A stretch of DNA of 64,000 bases, from positions 96,001 to 160,000 of the forward strand of contig JBDRBB010000001.1 in NCBI GenBank assembly GCA_043823065.1, written 5' to 3'. This document shows, in pieces, positions 50,340-61,189 of this stretch (its first letter is position 1; the number at the start of each line of letters is the position of its first letter). The stretch is from Pseudomonadota bacterium. GTDB taxonomy: Bacteria > UBA10199 > 2-02-FULL-44-16 > DYJF01. The notes beneath the pieces were generated by a model that worked only from the letters and a program-made list of their open reading frames with translations, made no database searches and was not told where the DNA came from. Made by a program: the position numbers and the translations under genes.

Positions 50340-50741
50340 ATGAAGTCCATTCGTTACATAGTCACAATTGCTTACGCCCTAATGATTTTTTATCTTTCTT
50401 CCCGCACTTGGTCGGGTGGACCAGAAATACCTTATTTAGACAAGCTTGCGCATATCATATTATATTTTGGTTTTGGCGGATTCATGTTGTGGGCTTTACG
50501 TATTACGCGCTTGCGTGAAAAACCATATATCACTTATTTAGCTTTCTTGCTTACTTTTTCTTATGGCTTAAGTGACGAGATTCATCAACTATTTGTGCCA
50601 GGTAGGGAATTTAGCGTGATAGATTTATATGCAGATGGCATTGGCGCAGCATTGGGAATTTTTGTGGCAACCAAACTTGTCTTGCTGAAGCAAATTGCTA
50701 AGAGCCATAAGAAGGATGTTAACTATGAAAATGAAGTTTAA
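50340..50741 (+). CDS. VanZ-family membrane protein
   Basis: DKLAH, DEIHQLFVPGR..S..D. Confidence 0.88.
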   Translation: MKSIRYIVTIAYALMIFYLSSRTWSGGPEIPYLDKLAHIILYFGFGGFMLWALRITRLREKPYITYLAFLLTFSYGLSDEIHQLFVPGREFSVIDLYADGIGAALGIFVATKLVLLKQIAKSHKKDVNYENEV

Positions 50742-51234
50742 TGACTATATCCCTGATGTTCACCAAAGTGTTTTTGTGGCTCCTAATGCTACAATTATTG
50801 GCAACGTGAATATAGGTTTGCAATCTAGTGTTTGGTTTGGTGCTGTAATCAGGGGAGATTTTGATAAAATTGAAATTGGTCAACGCACTAATATTCAAGA
50901 TCTTTGCCTAATCCATACCTCAAAAAAATATTCTGTAATCATTGGTAATGATGTTACAGTTGGCCATCGCGCCCTTGTGCATGGGTGCAGAATTAAAGAC
51001 AGAGTCTTGGTTGGTATGGGTTCAATTATTATGAATGGAGCAGAAATTGGTGAAGATTGTATTGTTGCTGCTGGAGCTGTAGTTACTGAAGGCACTAAGG
51101 TTCCAGACGGTTCCTTGATTATGGGCGTCCCTGGTAAAGTGAAGAGAAAATTAACTACCGAGGAACTGGAATATATTAAGCTGGCAGCAAGTCATTATAT
51201 TGATTATGCGGAGTGTTATGTTAAAGGCATTTGA
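50725..51234 (+). CDS. Gamma carbonic anhydrase family protein
   Basis: Hexapeptide repeats, RGD, NIQD, VTVGH...HGC. Confidence 0.92.
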   Translation: MKMKFNDYIPDVHQSVFVAPNATIIGNVNIGLQSSVWFGAVIRGDFDKIEIGQRTNIQDLCLIHTSKKYSVIIGNDVTVGHRALVHGCRIKDRVLVGMGSIIMNGAEIGEDCIVAAGAVVTEGTKVPDGSLIMGVPGKVKRKLTTEELEYIKLAASHYIDYAECYVKGI

Positions 51235-52189
51235 AAAAAATCTGATTAACAATCACTTGCTGGAAAAAGGCGAGAGCGTATTAGTGGCAATTTCAGGTGG
51301 AGTTGATTCCATGGTTTTGCTGCATCTTTTAGATCGCCTAAAAAAAACTTGGAAGTTAGACTTGCATGTGGCGCATGTGAATCACAATTTACGCGGTAAA
51401 GAAGCTAATGCTGATCAGGCTTTTGTGAGAAAAGTTTGTCGCCAAGCCAAAATGAAATTTCATACAGTTAAGTGGAATCCGCCGAAGCGTGGAAATATTC
51501 AGGAAGCAGCCAGAAATTTTCGTTATAAATTTTTATATGAGCAGGCACAGAAATTAAAAATAAGATACATTCTAACTGCTCATCATCAAGATGATCAGGC
51601 AGAAACGGTTTTGTTGCAGTTAATTCGAGGCAGCGGAATTAAAGGTTTATGCGGCATGACCGATATTTCGGAAATTTCGAAAAATTGTTTAATAATCAGA
51701 CCATGTTTGGAATTTAGCCGCCAAGACATTGAAAAATATGCCAGAAGATTTAAGGTGGCCTATGTTGAAGATTCTTCTAATCAAAAAAAATATTATACTC
51801 GCAATAGGGTGCGGCATGAACTTATACCTTTGCTGGAGGATATTAATCCCAGTGTAAAGCAAGCAGTTGCCCAAGCTGCTTCAGCCATTAGGCATAGCCA
51901 TGAGGCTCTTGATCTTATTGCCAGAACTTATGCCAATGATTATTTTTTACAAACCAGAAAGAGAATTTCCTGGGAACGTAAAAATTTTGTGGAATTGCCA
52001 AATGCTATTAGAAGGCAAGTTTTAATGGAAGCTTTTCGCAGATTAAGGGGTGATTTGAATAATCTAAATGCTGATCAGATTCGACATATGGATGATCTAT
52101 CGCTTATTCAAAAAACAACTAGCCAGTATATGCTGCCTAAACAGATTAAATTTTTTCGTAACAAAGATTTACTGGGAATTGAATGTTAA
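51218..52189 (+). CDS. tilS: tRNA(Ile)-lysidine synthetase (short form)
   Basis: SGGVDS, HVNHNLR, AHHQDDQAET, RNRVRH. Confidence 0.95.
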   Translation: MLKAFEKNLINNHLLEKGESVLVAISGGVDSMVLLHLLDRLKKTWKLDLHVAHVNHNLRGKEANADQAFVRKVCRQAKMKFHTVKWNPPKRGNIQEAARNFRYKFLYEQAQKLKIRYILTAHHQDDQAETVLLQLIRGSGIKGLCGMTDISEISKNCLIIRPCLEFSRQDIEKYARRFKVAYVEDSSNQKKYYTRNRVRHELIPLLEDINPSVKQAVAQAASAIRHSHEALDLIARTYANDYFLQTRKRISWERKNFVELPNAIRRQVLMEAFRRLRGDLNNLNADQIRHMDDLSLIQKTTSQYMLPKQIKFFRNKDLLGIEC

Positions 52190-52231
52190 TTGCTTGAATA
52201 TTTACCCTACTTAAAATATAATAAAAAACTT

Positions 52232-52257
52232 GTCATTCTCGCGCAAGCGTAAATGAC
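52232..52257. repeat. Degenerate REP-derived hairpin in the ftsH leader
   Basis: GTCATTCTCGCGCAAGCGTAAATGAC, downstream of TTGAAT-17-TATAAT. Confidence 0.5.
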
Positions 52258-52274
52258 TAAATAAGGAGAGACCA

Positions 52275-54239
52275 ATGCCTCCCAAGAAACCGAGGAAAAA
52301 TAATAACAAGCTTCGCCAAGCCCATAAAACAGTGGCGCTTTGGTTTTTGATTATTTTGTTGGTGTTAGGAGTATTGCATTTTATGAGCCAGCCGCCTTCA
52401 GCGACTCAGCAGCTAAGTTTCACAGATTTTCTCACAGCTGTAGAAAATAATGAAATCAAAAGCGTCAGCATTCAGGATGATGAATACACTGGTCAATATA
52501 AGCCTGGTTATGGAAACGGAGATTTTTTTACAACCATTGGTCCGGTAAACAGTGAAAAGGCTTTTGAGGTTTTGGCCAAAAGCAAAGTTAATGTTGATTA
52601 TAAAAGGAAAAAAGAAACTCCTTTTTGGCAGCATATGTTGATTTCTTGGCTGCCTATGTTGCTTTTATTTGGTTTTTTCTTTTTCTCAATGCGTCAAATT
52701 CAAGTTGGTGGCGGCAAGGCTATGTCTTTTGGTCGCAGCAAGGCGCGTTTGCTGACTGAAAGCCAAAAAAAGGTAACGTTTAAAAATGTAGCAGGTTGTG
52801 ACGAAGCCAAAGAAGAGTTGCAAGAAATCATTGCCTTCTTATTGGAGCCAAAAAAATTTACCACTTTGGGGGGCAGAATTCCCAAAGGTGTGCTTTTAAT
52901 GGGCGCTCCAGGTACGGGCAAAACCTTGCTGGCCAGAGCAGTTGCTGGCGAAGCTGGTGTGCCTTTCTTTTCTATCAGTGGTTCTGATTTTGTGGAGATG
53001 TTTGTAGGTGTTGGCGCAGCCAGAGTTCGTGATCTATTTGAGCAAGGCAAGAAAAATGCGCCCTGTATTGTCTTTATTGATGAAATTGATGCGGTTGGCA
53101 GACACCGTGGCGCAGGTTTGGGGGGCGGTCATGATGAAAGAGAACAAACTTTAAATCAGCTTTTGGTTGAAATGGATGGTTTTGAATCTAATGACGGTGT
53201 AATTATTATGGCTGCCACCAATCGTCCAGACGTGTTAGACCCAGCCTTGCTAAGGCCAGGGCGTTTTGATCGCCGGGTGGTTGTGCCCAGACCAGATGTT
53301 AAGGGCAGAGAAGCTATTTTAAGAGTTCATACTGAAAATAAACCCTTATCCAAAAATGTAAATTTGGCAGTAATTGCCAGAGGAACGCCGGGTTTTTCCG
53401 GAGCAGATTTGGAAAATGTGGTGAATGAAGCAGCTTTAATTGCAGCTAGAACCGATCAAGATCAGATTAACATGCATGATTTTGAGTTAGCCAAAGATAA
53501 AGTGCTGATGGGTTCTGAACGCAAGAGCATGATTATAAGTGATGAAGAAAAGCGCAATACTGCTTTTCATGAAGCTGGGCATACGTTAGTTGCCAAGCTT
53601 ATTCCAGGCACAGATCCAATTCATAAAGTCACAATTATTCCCAGAGGCGCAGCTTTAGGTTTAACGCAGCAATTACCAATCGATGATCGCTATACCCAAA
53701 GTAGTGAATTTTGTGAAAAAAGTATTGCCATTCTGATGGGTGGCAGGGTTGCTGAAGAATTAATTTTTAAGCATCAAACAACTGGGGCAGGAAATGATAT
53801 TGAAAGAGCAACTGAGTTGGCTCGCAAAATGGTTTGTGAATGGGGTATGAGCAAAAAAATGGGACCATTAGCTTTTGGTAAAAAAGAGGAACAAATCTTT
53901 TTGGGACGTGAAATTTCGCAACATGCTGATTATAGTGAATCAACAGCTAGGGAAATTGATTCTGAAGTTAGACGCATTGTTATAGATAATTATAATTATG
54001 CCACAAACTTATTATCAGAACATATTGAAGTCTTAAAAAATTTGGCTGAAGCTTTGTTGGAATATGAAACTTTAGTGGATGAACAAATTGAAACAATTAT
54101 GAGAGGTGAGAAGATAAAACCGGTTAAAGCTAAAGTTGAGACAGTTAAGCCAGCTAAATCTGAACAAACAGAAGGTAATCTAGAAAAAGAAGAGACAAAG
54201 AAAACCAAAATACCTGGGGTTAAATTATCAAGTGCCTAA
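52275..54239 (+). CDS. ftsH: ATP-dependent zinc metalloprotease FtsH
   Basis: Two TMs, [22 protein letters not shown]. Confidence 0.98.
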   Translation: MPPKKPRKNNNKLRQAHKTVALWFLIILLVLGVLHFMSQPPSATQQLSFTDFLTAVENNEIKSVSIQDDEYTGQYKPGYGNGDFFTTIGPVNSEKAFEVLAKSKVNVDYKRKKETPFWQHMLISWLPMLLLFGFFFFSMRQIQVGGGKAMSFGRSKARLLTESQKKVTFKNVAGCDEAKEELQEIIAFLLEPKKFTTLGGRIPKGVLLMGAPGTGKTLLARAVAGEAGVPFFSISGSDFVEMFVGVGAARVRDLFEQGKKNAPCIVFIDEIDAVGRHRGAGLGGGHDEREQTLNQLLVEMDGFESNDGVIIMAATNRPDVLDPALLRPGRFDRRVVVPRPDVKGREAILRVHTENKPLSKNVNLAVIARGTPGFSGADLENVVNEAALIAARTDQDQINMHDFELAKDKVLMGSERKSMIISDEEKRNTAFHEAGHTLVAKLIPGTDPIHKVTIIPRGAALGLTQQLPIDDRYTQSSEFCEKSIAILMGGRVAEELIFKHQTTGAGNDIERATELARKMVCEWGMSKKMGPLAFGKKEEQIFLGREISQHADYSESTAREIDSEVRRIVIDNYNYATNLLSEHIEVLKNLAEALLEYETLVDEQIETIMRGEKIKPVKAKVETVKPAKSEQTEGNLEKEETKKTKIPGVKLSSA

Positions 54240-54242
54240 GTT

Positions 54243-55025
54243 ATGTTAATGGGTATCTTAAATATCACTCCAGATTCTTTTTCAGACGGAGGAAAATATC
54301 TTGATTTAGATCAGGCTGTGGAACAAGCCTTGAAAATGGAAGATGAGGGCGCAGATATAATTGATATAGGTGGAGAATCCTCTCGTCCTGGTTCAACACC
54401 TGTTCACTTAGAAGAAGAATTAAAAAGAGTTATTCCAGTAGTCCAAGCTATTCGTAAACAATCAAAAATCAAGATTTCTATAGATACCACTAAAGCTGAG
54501 GTGGCCAGACAAGCCTTGGACCAGGGTGCTAATATGATTAATGATATTAGCGCTGCCAGATTTGATTCAAAAATGTTAGAGGTGGTTAAAAGGGCTAATG
54601 TTCCAATTTGTTTAATGCATATGCAGGGTACACCCCAAAATATGCAGATTTCTCCGTCTTATAATAATGTAATCAAGGAAATTAAAAAATTCTTACAAGA
54701 AGCTATTAATAGAGCAGAACAAGCTGGAATATCGTCGGATAAAATTTTAATTGATCCTGGAATTGGTTTTGGCAAAACAGCACAAGATAATTTGGTGATC
54801 TTAAAAAATCTGCATAAATTGTCTTTGCTAGATAAAAAAATTGTTATTGGAATATCAAGAAAATCTTTTATTGGTAAGATGTTAGGTCTTGAAGTTAAAC
54901 AAAGACTTGAGGCATCGTTAGCTACTCTTTTTTTAGCGTTTCAAAATGGTGCAACAGTTTTTCGTGTACATGATGTAGGGCCAAGCAAAAGATTTCTAGA
55001 TATGGTTCAACTGTTGAACATCTAA
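54243..55025 (+). CDS. folP: Dihydropteroate synthase
   Basis: NITPDSFSDGG, DPGIGFGK, SRKSF, RVHDV. Confidence 0.97.
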   Translation: MLMGILNITPDSFSDGGKYLDLDQAVEQALKMEDEGADIIDIGGESSRPGSTPVHLEEELKRVIPVVQAIRKQSKIKISIDTTKAEVARQALDQGANMINDISAARFDSKMLEVVKRANVPICLMHMQGTPQNMQISPSYNNVIKEIKKFLQEAINRAEQAGISSDKILIDPGIGFGKTAQDNLVILKNLHKLSLLDKKIVIGISRKSFIGKMLGLEVKQRLEASLATLFLAFQNGATVFRVHDVGPSKRFLDMVQLLNI

Positions 55026-55154
55026 CAAGTTTTCCTTTATATTATGGTTTGATCTTTTGCTATATAAAATGTATACACTTAGTTCAATTTCGAAGATCAA
55101 TTTCAGCTTAGTTTACGCAATAATGACCCAAGAATGATATAAAAAGAGGTTTTT

Positions 55155-56516
55155 ATGAGCCAAAACAAACGTAAAATTTTTGGTACAGATGGAGTAAGAG
55201 GTAAGGCTAATCTTTCGCCCATGGATTCAGAAATGGCCCTAAACTTGGGACGTGCTGCTGCCAAAGTTTTTCGTAAAAATGGCAGGCGTTGTCGCATTGT
55301 TATAGGTAAAGATACCAGATTATCAGGATATATGATTGAAACAGCTTTAGCTTCTGGAATTTGTTCCATGGGTGCTGATGTTTGTCTGGTTGGTCCATTG
55401 CCTACGCCAGGAATTGCTTTTATCACGCGCAGTATGCGTGCTGATGCTGGAGTAGTAATTTCAGCATCGCATAATAGTTACGATGACAATGGCATAAAGT
55501 TTTTTGATAGTTATGGCTTTAAGCTTCCAGATGAAGTTGAATTAAAAATGGAAAATTTTATTTTACGGGGAAATATGACTGATGACCGGCCTACAGGAGA
55601 AAGAGTAGGTAAGGCTGTGCGTATTGATGATGCAGGTGGACGCTATATTCAATTTTTGAAAACTACTTTTCCCCAGCACTCACTCTTGGAAGATTTTACC
55701 TTGGTTGTGGATTGCGCAAATGGAGCTGGTTATAAAGTTGCGCCAGCTGTGTTTGAGGAGCTTGGCGCCAGGGTAATTAAAATTGGCACCACTCCTGATG
55801 GTTCCAATATTAATAAGGGTTGCGGTTCCACAGATACGGTACGTATGCAAGAAGTAGTGCGTCAAACCGGAGCAGACTGCGGAATTGCCCTGGACGGCGA
55901 TGCAGATCGGATAATTATGTGCGATGAAAAAGGGGAAGTTGTTGATGGAGATGCTTTAATGGCTATCTGCGCAGATCGCATGCGCAAAAATCAGACATTG
56001 TCCAAGAATACCTTGGTGGCTACAGTTATGAGCAATTTGGCCCTTGATCATGCCATGCAAAAAGCTGGTATTAATGTGGTTCGCACTGCAGTTGGCGATC
56101 GCTATGTAATTCAGGCTATGCGCGATAATGAATATAATATAGGTGGCGAGCAATCCGGCCATTTAATTTTCTTAAACCACAATACCACAGGAGATGGGAT
56201 CTTGGGTGCTTTGCAGATTTTATCTATTATGATGCAGGAAGGTAAAAAACTTTCTGAGCTAAAGCAGATATTGGAACCTTTTCCTCAGGTATTGGTTAAT
56301 TTAAAAGTTAGAGAAAAGAGAGATTTTTCCGTGATTCCAGAAATTAACAAAACCATTTCAAGATGCGAGCGTGAATTAGGAAGCGATGGCCGTTTGGTTA
56401 TTCGTTATTCAGGAACGGAAAACATCGCCCGGATTATGGTGGAAGGTAAATATCAAGATCGGATTAATGAGATGGCTAATCAACTAGCTGGTCTGATTAG
56501 TACGCATTTAGGATAG
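55155..56516 (+). CDS. glmM: Phosphoglucosamine mutase
   Basis: [33 protein letters not shown]. Confidence 0.97.
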   Translation: MSQNKRKIFGTDGVRGKANLSPMDSEMALNLGRAAAKVFRKNGRRCRIVIGKDTRLSGYMIETALASGICSMGADVCLVGPLPTPGIAFITRSMRADAGVVISASHNSYDDNGIKFFDSYGFKLPDEVELKMENFILRGNMTDDRPTGERVGKAVRIDDAGGRYIQFLKTTFPQHSLLEDFTLVVDCANGAGYKVAPAVFEELGARVIKIGTTPDGSNINKGCGSTDTVRMQEVVRQTGADCGIALDGDADRIIMCDEKGEVVDGDALMAICADRMRKNQTLSKNTLVATVMSNLALDHAMQKAGINVVRTAVGDRYVIQAMRDNEYNIGGEQSGHLIFLNHNTTGDGILGALQILSIMMQEGKKLSELKQILEPFPQVLVNLKVREKRDFSVIPEINKTISRCERELGSDGRLVIRYSGTENIARIMVEGKYQDRINEMANQLAGLISTHLG

Positions 56517-56521
56517 AAACA

Positions 56522-57238
56522 ATGCTCAGATTAGGTGTAAACATAGATCATGTAGCAACAATTCGTCAGGCTCGTGGTACATCATATCCCAACATCTTGG
56601 AAGCAGCCAAATTAGCCTGTCTTGGTGGTGCAGATCAAATCACCGTACATTTGCGTGAGGATCGGCGCCATATTCAAGATGCAGATGTGTATGAACTTAA
56701 GTCTGCCCTTAAGAAAATTCCCTTGAATTTGGAAATGGCGGCTGTGGATGAAATTGTGAAAATTGCCTTAAATCTTAAGCCTCAAATTTGCACACTTGTT
56801 CCAGAAAAAAGACAGGAGCAAACCACGGAAAGTGGTTTAAATCTGATTAAAGATTTTAATCTCCTGCAATCAGCGTTGAAAACAATACAAGCAGCTAAAA
56901 TTCAAGTAAGTTTATTTATAGAGCCTAATTTAGAAGATGTTAGAGCAGCCAAGGAATTAAAAGCAGAAATAGTGGAATTTCACACCGGTCCTTATGCTTT
57001 AGCCATTGACGCTGCTCTTAAAAAGAAAGAGCTAGAAAAAATCAAAAAAGCTGCATGTCTGGCTAAACAAGCCAGGCTTAAAGTTGCGGCTGGTCATGGT
57101 TTGCATTATGAAAATACTACCGAACTTATCCAAACTGTGCCAGAAATTGAAGAACTAAATATTGGCCATGCCATTGTGGCCAGAGCCGTCTTTATAGGTT
57201 TAGAAGGTGCTGTAAGGGAAATGAAGGAATTATTATGA
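56522..57238 (+). CDS. pdxJ: Pyridoxine 5'-phosphate synthase
   Basis: LGVNIDHVATIRQAR, HLREDRRH, AGHGL, NIGH. Confidence 0.97.
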   Translation: MLRLGVNIDHVATIRQARGTSYPNILEAAKLACLGGADQITVHLREDRRHIQDADVYELKSALKKIPLNLEMAAVDEIVKIALNLKPQICTLVPEKRQEQTTESGLNLIKDFNLLQSALKTIQAAKIQVSLFIEPNLEDVRAAKELKAEIVEFHTGPYALAIDAALKKKELEKIKKAACLAKQARLKVAAGHGLHYENTTELIQTVPEIEELNIGHAIVARAVFIGLEGAVREMKELL

Positions 57239-57609
57239 TTTTAGGAATCGGCATAGACATTGTAGATGTTAGAAGAATTGAAGATATTATTGTGCGTTGG
57301 CAAGATGCTTTTTTAAGACGCGTGTTTACTGATGATGAAATCAGGCATTGTAATAACAAGAAAAATCCTGCGCAGCGTTTTGCCACGCGTTTTGCAGCTA
57401 AAAAAGCTTTTATCAAAGCGCTTTATCCCAAAGGGGAGACAAATTTTTCCTACACAGACATTGAAATTGGCGAGAAAAATCGTCGCCCAGTGGTTAACCT
57501 TTTTGGCGCTGCTAAGACTCATGCAGCAGCAGCAGAGATCAAAAATATACACCTGATGCTTTCCCATGACGGAAATTACGGTGTGGCAAATGTAGTGCTT
57601 GAATCATGA
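57235..57609 (+). CDS. acpS: Holo-ACP synthase (conserved Glu appears replaced by Lys)
   Basis: GIGIDIV, RFAAKKAFIKA, LSHD; located after pdxJ. Confidence 0.9.
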   Translation: MILGIGIDIVDVRRIEDIIVRWQDAFLRRVFTDDEIRHCNNKKNPAQRFATRFAAKKAFIKALYPKGETNFSYTDIEIGEKNRRPVVNLFGAAKTHAAAAEIKNIHLMLSHDGNYGVANVVLES

Positions 57610-59147
57610 AGCTAGTGAGTTCCCAACAAATTCGAGAAGCTGATCATAAAACTATACAGGAATATAATATTCCTTCTTTAACCCTCATGGAGAGGGCTGG
57701 CCAAGGATTGGCTGATTTTATAGCGGAAAAGTTTTCTCCGAATCGCGGATCAATTGGCATATTAGTTGGCCGCGGAAATAATGGCGGAGATGGTTTGGTT
57801 GCAGCCAGACATCTTTTAGCCAAGAATTATGATGTAGCTGTTTTTTTGCTGGCGCCTGTTCATGATCTTTCACCAGATGCCCAAGCTAATTGGGAACAAT
57901 TATTTGTCTTAAAACCAAATTTCTATGAAATTGAAAGTGTGGCAGATTTAAATAATTACTATCCCCATCTAGCTGGCTGCGCCTGCTTAGTTGATGCTAT
58001 TTTTGGCACAGGTCTTTCCAAAGAAATTAAAACTCCTTTTCGAGAGGTTATTGAATTTGTCAATAGCTTGGGTCGGCCGATTATTGCGTGTGATCTTCCT
58101 TCGGGTTTGTCTGCAGACACTGGTTTGCCTTTGGGCAGTGCAATTAAAGCCAAGTGGACGGTTACTTTTGGTTTGCCAAAAATTGGTTTATATTTGGGGC
58201 AGGGTTCTTTTTATGCGGGTAAAGTTGAAATAATAGATATTGGTTTTCCCAAACAAGTTATAGATAGTTTGGATACAAAATTTCATTTACTTGATTGTGA
58301 AAATTTCCCTGTCTTTTTTAAAGAGCGCGACATCAATAGTCATAAAGGAAACTTTGGCCATGTTTTGGTGCTAGCTGGCGCTGAAAATAAATTAGGTGCT
58401 GGCTATTTGGCAAGTATGGCAAGTTTGCGGTCTGGTTGCGGTTTAGTAACTTATGCTTTGCCGGAAAACAGTTTTAATAAATTTGATGCACGGTTCCCCG
58501 AAATTATGCCAGTAGGCTTGCCAGATCGAGATCGTGGTCATTTACATCCAGGTGGTTTGGAAAAAGCCCTAGAAATAAGTCAGGATAAAACTGTCATAGC
58601 TTTAGGTCCAGCACTTGGTACGCACCCAGAAACAAAGTCTTTTATTTTGGATTTTATTAAAAGGGTGCGTAAACCTTTGGTAATTGACGCTGATGGCTTA
58701 AATATTTTAGCAGAAAATCTTGCTGTGATTGATCATCGTTTAGAGCCAACTGTTTTAACTCCCCATCCAGGTGAGATGGCCAGGTTGGTTGGTAGTGAAA
58801 AGGTTAAAGAAGAAAACCGCGTGCCATTGGCCTTAAATTTAGCTGCTAAACATAAATGCTATGTGGTGCTAAAAGGGCATAACACAGTAATTGCCACTCC
58901 AGAAGAAGAAATATTTATTAATCAAACCGGAAATCCAGGCATGGCCACCGCTGGCATGGGCGATGTTTTAACTGGTATTATAGCAAGCTTGCTTGCCCAA
59001 GGATTGCCAACTACTGAGGCGGTGCTGGCTGGAGTTTATTTTCACGGTCTGGCTGGTGACATAGCAGTCAAACAAGTTGGCGAAAGAGGCCTGGTGGCTT
59101 CAGATTTAATCAAGGCCTTGCCAGAGGCAATGACGAAAAATGAATAA
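57606..59147 (+). CDS. nnr: Bifunctional NAD(P)H-hydrate epimerase/dehydratase
   Basis: LMERAG, GNNGGDG, DAIFGTG, HKGNFG, TPHPGE, GMGDVLTG. Confidence 0.95.
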   Translation: MKLVSSQQIREADHKTIQEYNIPSLTLMERAGQGLADFIAEKFSPNRGSIGILVGRGNNGGDGLVAARHLLAKNYDVAVFLLAPVHDLSPDAQANWEQLFVLKPNFYEIESVADLNNYYPHLAGCACLVDAIFGTGLSKEIKTPFREVIEFVNSLGRPIIACDLPSGLSADTGLPLGSAIKAKWTVTFGLPKIGLYLGQGSFYAGKVEIIDIGFPKQVIDSLDTKFHLLDCENFPVFFKERDINSHKGNFGHVLVLAGAENKLGAGYLASMASLRSGCGLVTYALPENSFNKFDARFPEIMPVGLPDRDRGHLHPGGLEKALEISQDKTVIALGPALGTHPETKSFILDFIKRVRKPLVIDADGLNILAENLAVIDHRLEPTVLTPHPGEMARLVGSEKVKEENRVPLALNLAAKHKCYVVLKGHNTVIATPEEEIFINQTGNPGMATAGMGDVLTGIIASLLAQGLPTTEAVLAGVYFHGLAGDIAVKQVGERGLVASDLIKALPEAMTKNE

Positions 59148-59568
59148 AATAACAACATCACCAGAAGAAACTAAAGAATTGGCCGCTAAACTTGCTCTCA
59201 AGTTAAAGCCAGGCCATGTTTTGGCTTTGGAAGGCGAGTTGGGTAGCGGCAAGACTTGTTTTGTGCAAGGTTTGGCCCAAGCCTTGGGTATTCCTAATAA
59301 TCGTTATGTGCGTTCCCCTTCATTTACTTTGATCAATGAATATCAAGGCAAGATTCCTTTATATCATTTTGATTTTTATCGCTTAAATAATCCTGCTGAA
59401 GTGGCTGATTTAGGTATTGAAGAATATTTTGACGGCCAGGGAATTACTGTGGTGGAATGGGCCAATAAATTTCCCGGCACATTGCCGGAGAGAACCGTGC
59501 ATATTAGATTTGAAATTATTTCAGAAAATGAAAGAAAAATATCTTTTAATAACGGGATTAGTTTATGA
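59140..59568 (+). CDS. tsaE: tRNA threonylcarbamoyladenosine ATPase
   Basis: GELGSGKT, SPSFTL, HFDFYRL, VEW. Confidence 0.96.
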   Translation: MNKITTSPEETKELAAKLALKLKPGHVLALEGELGSGKTCFVQGLAQALGIPNNRYVRSPSFTLINEYQGKIPLYHFDFYRLNNPAEVADLGIEEYFDGQGITVVEWANKFPGTLPERTVHIRFEIISENERKISFNNGISL

Positions 59569-59704
59569 AATTCGAATATCTAAGATCTAAATTCTAAACA
59601 AATCCAAATTTTCAAATTTCAAATGTTCAAAACAAAATGTTTAGAATTTTGGTAATTTGAATTTAGATATTGTTTAGGATTTAGGATTTCGAATTTAGAT
59701 ATTT
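59568..59704. repeat. AT-rich long palindrome built from heptamer repeats
   Basis: Left arm AAATTCG-AATATCT-AAGATCT-AAATTCT-AAACAA pairs with right arm TTGTTTAGGATTTAGGATTTCGAATTTAGATATTT. Confidence 0.8.
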
Positions 59705-59717
59705 AATGGAGTAGAAG

Positions 59718-61073
59718 ATGAGTTATGACCTTACAATAATCGGTTCTGGCCCGGGTGGCTATGTTGCCGCGCTTTGCGCAGCCAAATTGGGCGCCAAAGT
59801 AGCTCTTGTCGAGAAAAGTGAAATCGGCGGCGTGTGTTTGAACCAAGGTTGTATTCCCACCAAGGCTTTGGCTGCTTTTGCCCATAAATTGAATCCACAT
59901 TTTGCTGAAGCTTGCGAACACAAACAAAAAGTAGTTGAGACTTTAAGACAAGGAATTGAAAAACTGCTTAAAGGAAATAAAATTGAAATTATCAAAGGCG
60001 AAGCAAAATTTACTGATTCTAACCAGATTGCTGTAAATGGAAAAAATATTGATACCAAAAAAATCTTAATTGCCACAGGTTCAGCGTGGTGGACACCACC
60101 TGGTCTTACTCTAGATCATAAATTTGTCATTACTAGTGATGATTTATTGAACTGGAAAGATTTGCCAAAATCAATCTTGATTGTTGGTGGAGGAGTGGTT
60201 GGTTGTGAATTTGCCTCGATTTTAAATAACTTTGGTGTGCAAGTAAGCATTGTGGAAGCTATGAACTCTCTCTTGCCCATGGTGGAAGGCTCTTTAACCA
60301 GATTGCTGGCTAATTCATTTAAGCAAAAGGGGATTAATGTTTTAACAGGCACAACTGTAGTTTCAGTATGTCATGGCGAGGGCGAGGATGTCATTCCCGC
60401 GAAAGCGGGAATCTCCGTTCTGCTTAGTAACAATGAAGAAAAAAATGTTGATAAAGTATTGGTGTGTGTGGGCAGAAGACCAAATACAACTGGATTGGAT
60501 CTGGAAAAAATCGGAATTGAATTAACTGAAAAAGGCGCTATCAAAGTTAATGAAAAATTTGAAACCAATGTGGCTGGGGTTTATGCTATTGGTGATGTTA
60601 TCGGCAATTGGATGCTGGCTCATGTTGCGTCTGCTGAAGCTATTTCTTGTGTAGAACAAATTTTTGGCAAAGGCCAACCTCTAAAATATCAAGCAATTCC
60701 TTCGCCGATTTTTACCATTCCTGAAATTGGGGCGGTTGGTCTAACTTCAGAGCAACTTAAACAGCAAGGTATAAATTTTAAAACTGGTAGATTTGCTTAT
60801 GCTGCTTCTGGCAAGGCCTGGTGCGACAATGAAACAGAAGGAATGGCTTTAGTGCATGTTGATGATAAAGGTAAAATTTTGGGCGCGCATATTTTGGGCA
60901 AAGATGCAACTTTACTGATTGCTGAAGCTGCGCTGGCTATTGAACATGGTTTAACTGCCCATGATGTTGGCTCTACAATTCATGCTCACCCAACTTTATC
61001 CGAAATATTTGCTGAAGCTTGCTTGGATGCAGTGGGTGAAGCGATACATAAGGGGGGAACCCGTTCATCCTGA
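59718..61073 (+). CDS. lpdA: Dihydrolipoamide dehydrogenase
   Basis: GSGPGGY, GGVCLNQGCIPTK, GGGVVGCE, HAHPTLSE. Confidence 0.95.
   Translation: MSYDLTIIGSGPGGYVAALCAAKLGAKVALVEKSEIGGVCLNQGCIPTKALAAFAHKLNPHFAEACEHKQKVVETLRQGIEKLLKGNKIEIIKGEAKFTDSNQIAVNGKNIDTKKILIATGSAWWTPPGLTLDHKFVITSDDLLNWKDLPKSILIVGGGVVGCEFASILNNFGVQVSIVEAMNSLLPMVEGSLTRLLANSFKQKGINVLTGTTVVSVCHGEGEDVIPAKAGISVLLSNNEEKNVDKVLVCVGRRPNTTGLDLEKIGIELTEKGAIKVNEKFETNVAGVYAIGDVIGNWMLAHVASAEAISCVEQIFGKGQPLKYQAIPSPIFTIPEIGAVGLTSEQLKQQGINFKTGRFAYAASGKAWCDNETEGMALVHVDDKGKILGAHILGKDATLLIAEAALAIEHGLTAHDVGSTIHAHPTLSEIFAEACLDAVGEAIHKGGTRSS
60390..60414. repeat. REP copy inserted in-frame in lpdA
   Basis: GTCATTCCCGCGAAAGCGGGAATCT translated as VIPAKAGI. 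Confidence 0.9.
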
Positions 61074-61176
61074 GCCCTTCGACAGGCTCAGGACAGGCTC
61101 GTCGAAGAATAAATTAATATGTGTTTTAATAAGTTAATCAAAATTTTTTCCGTTCATGGTGAGCTTGTCGAACCAT
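61061..61176. repeat. REP-like hairpins upstream of the GIY-YIG gene
   Basis: CCGTTCATCCTGAGC..GTCGAAG with a nested inverted copy (61061-61108) and CCGTTCATGGTGAGCTTGTCGAACCAT (61150-61176). Confidence 0.88.
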
Positions 61177-61189
61177 GGCTATTGAGCAA

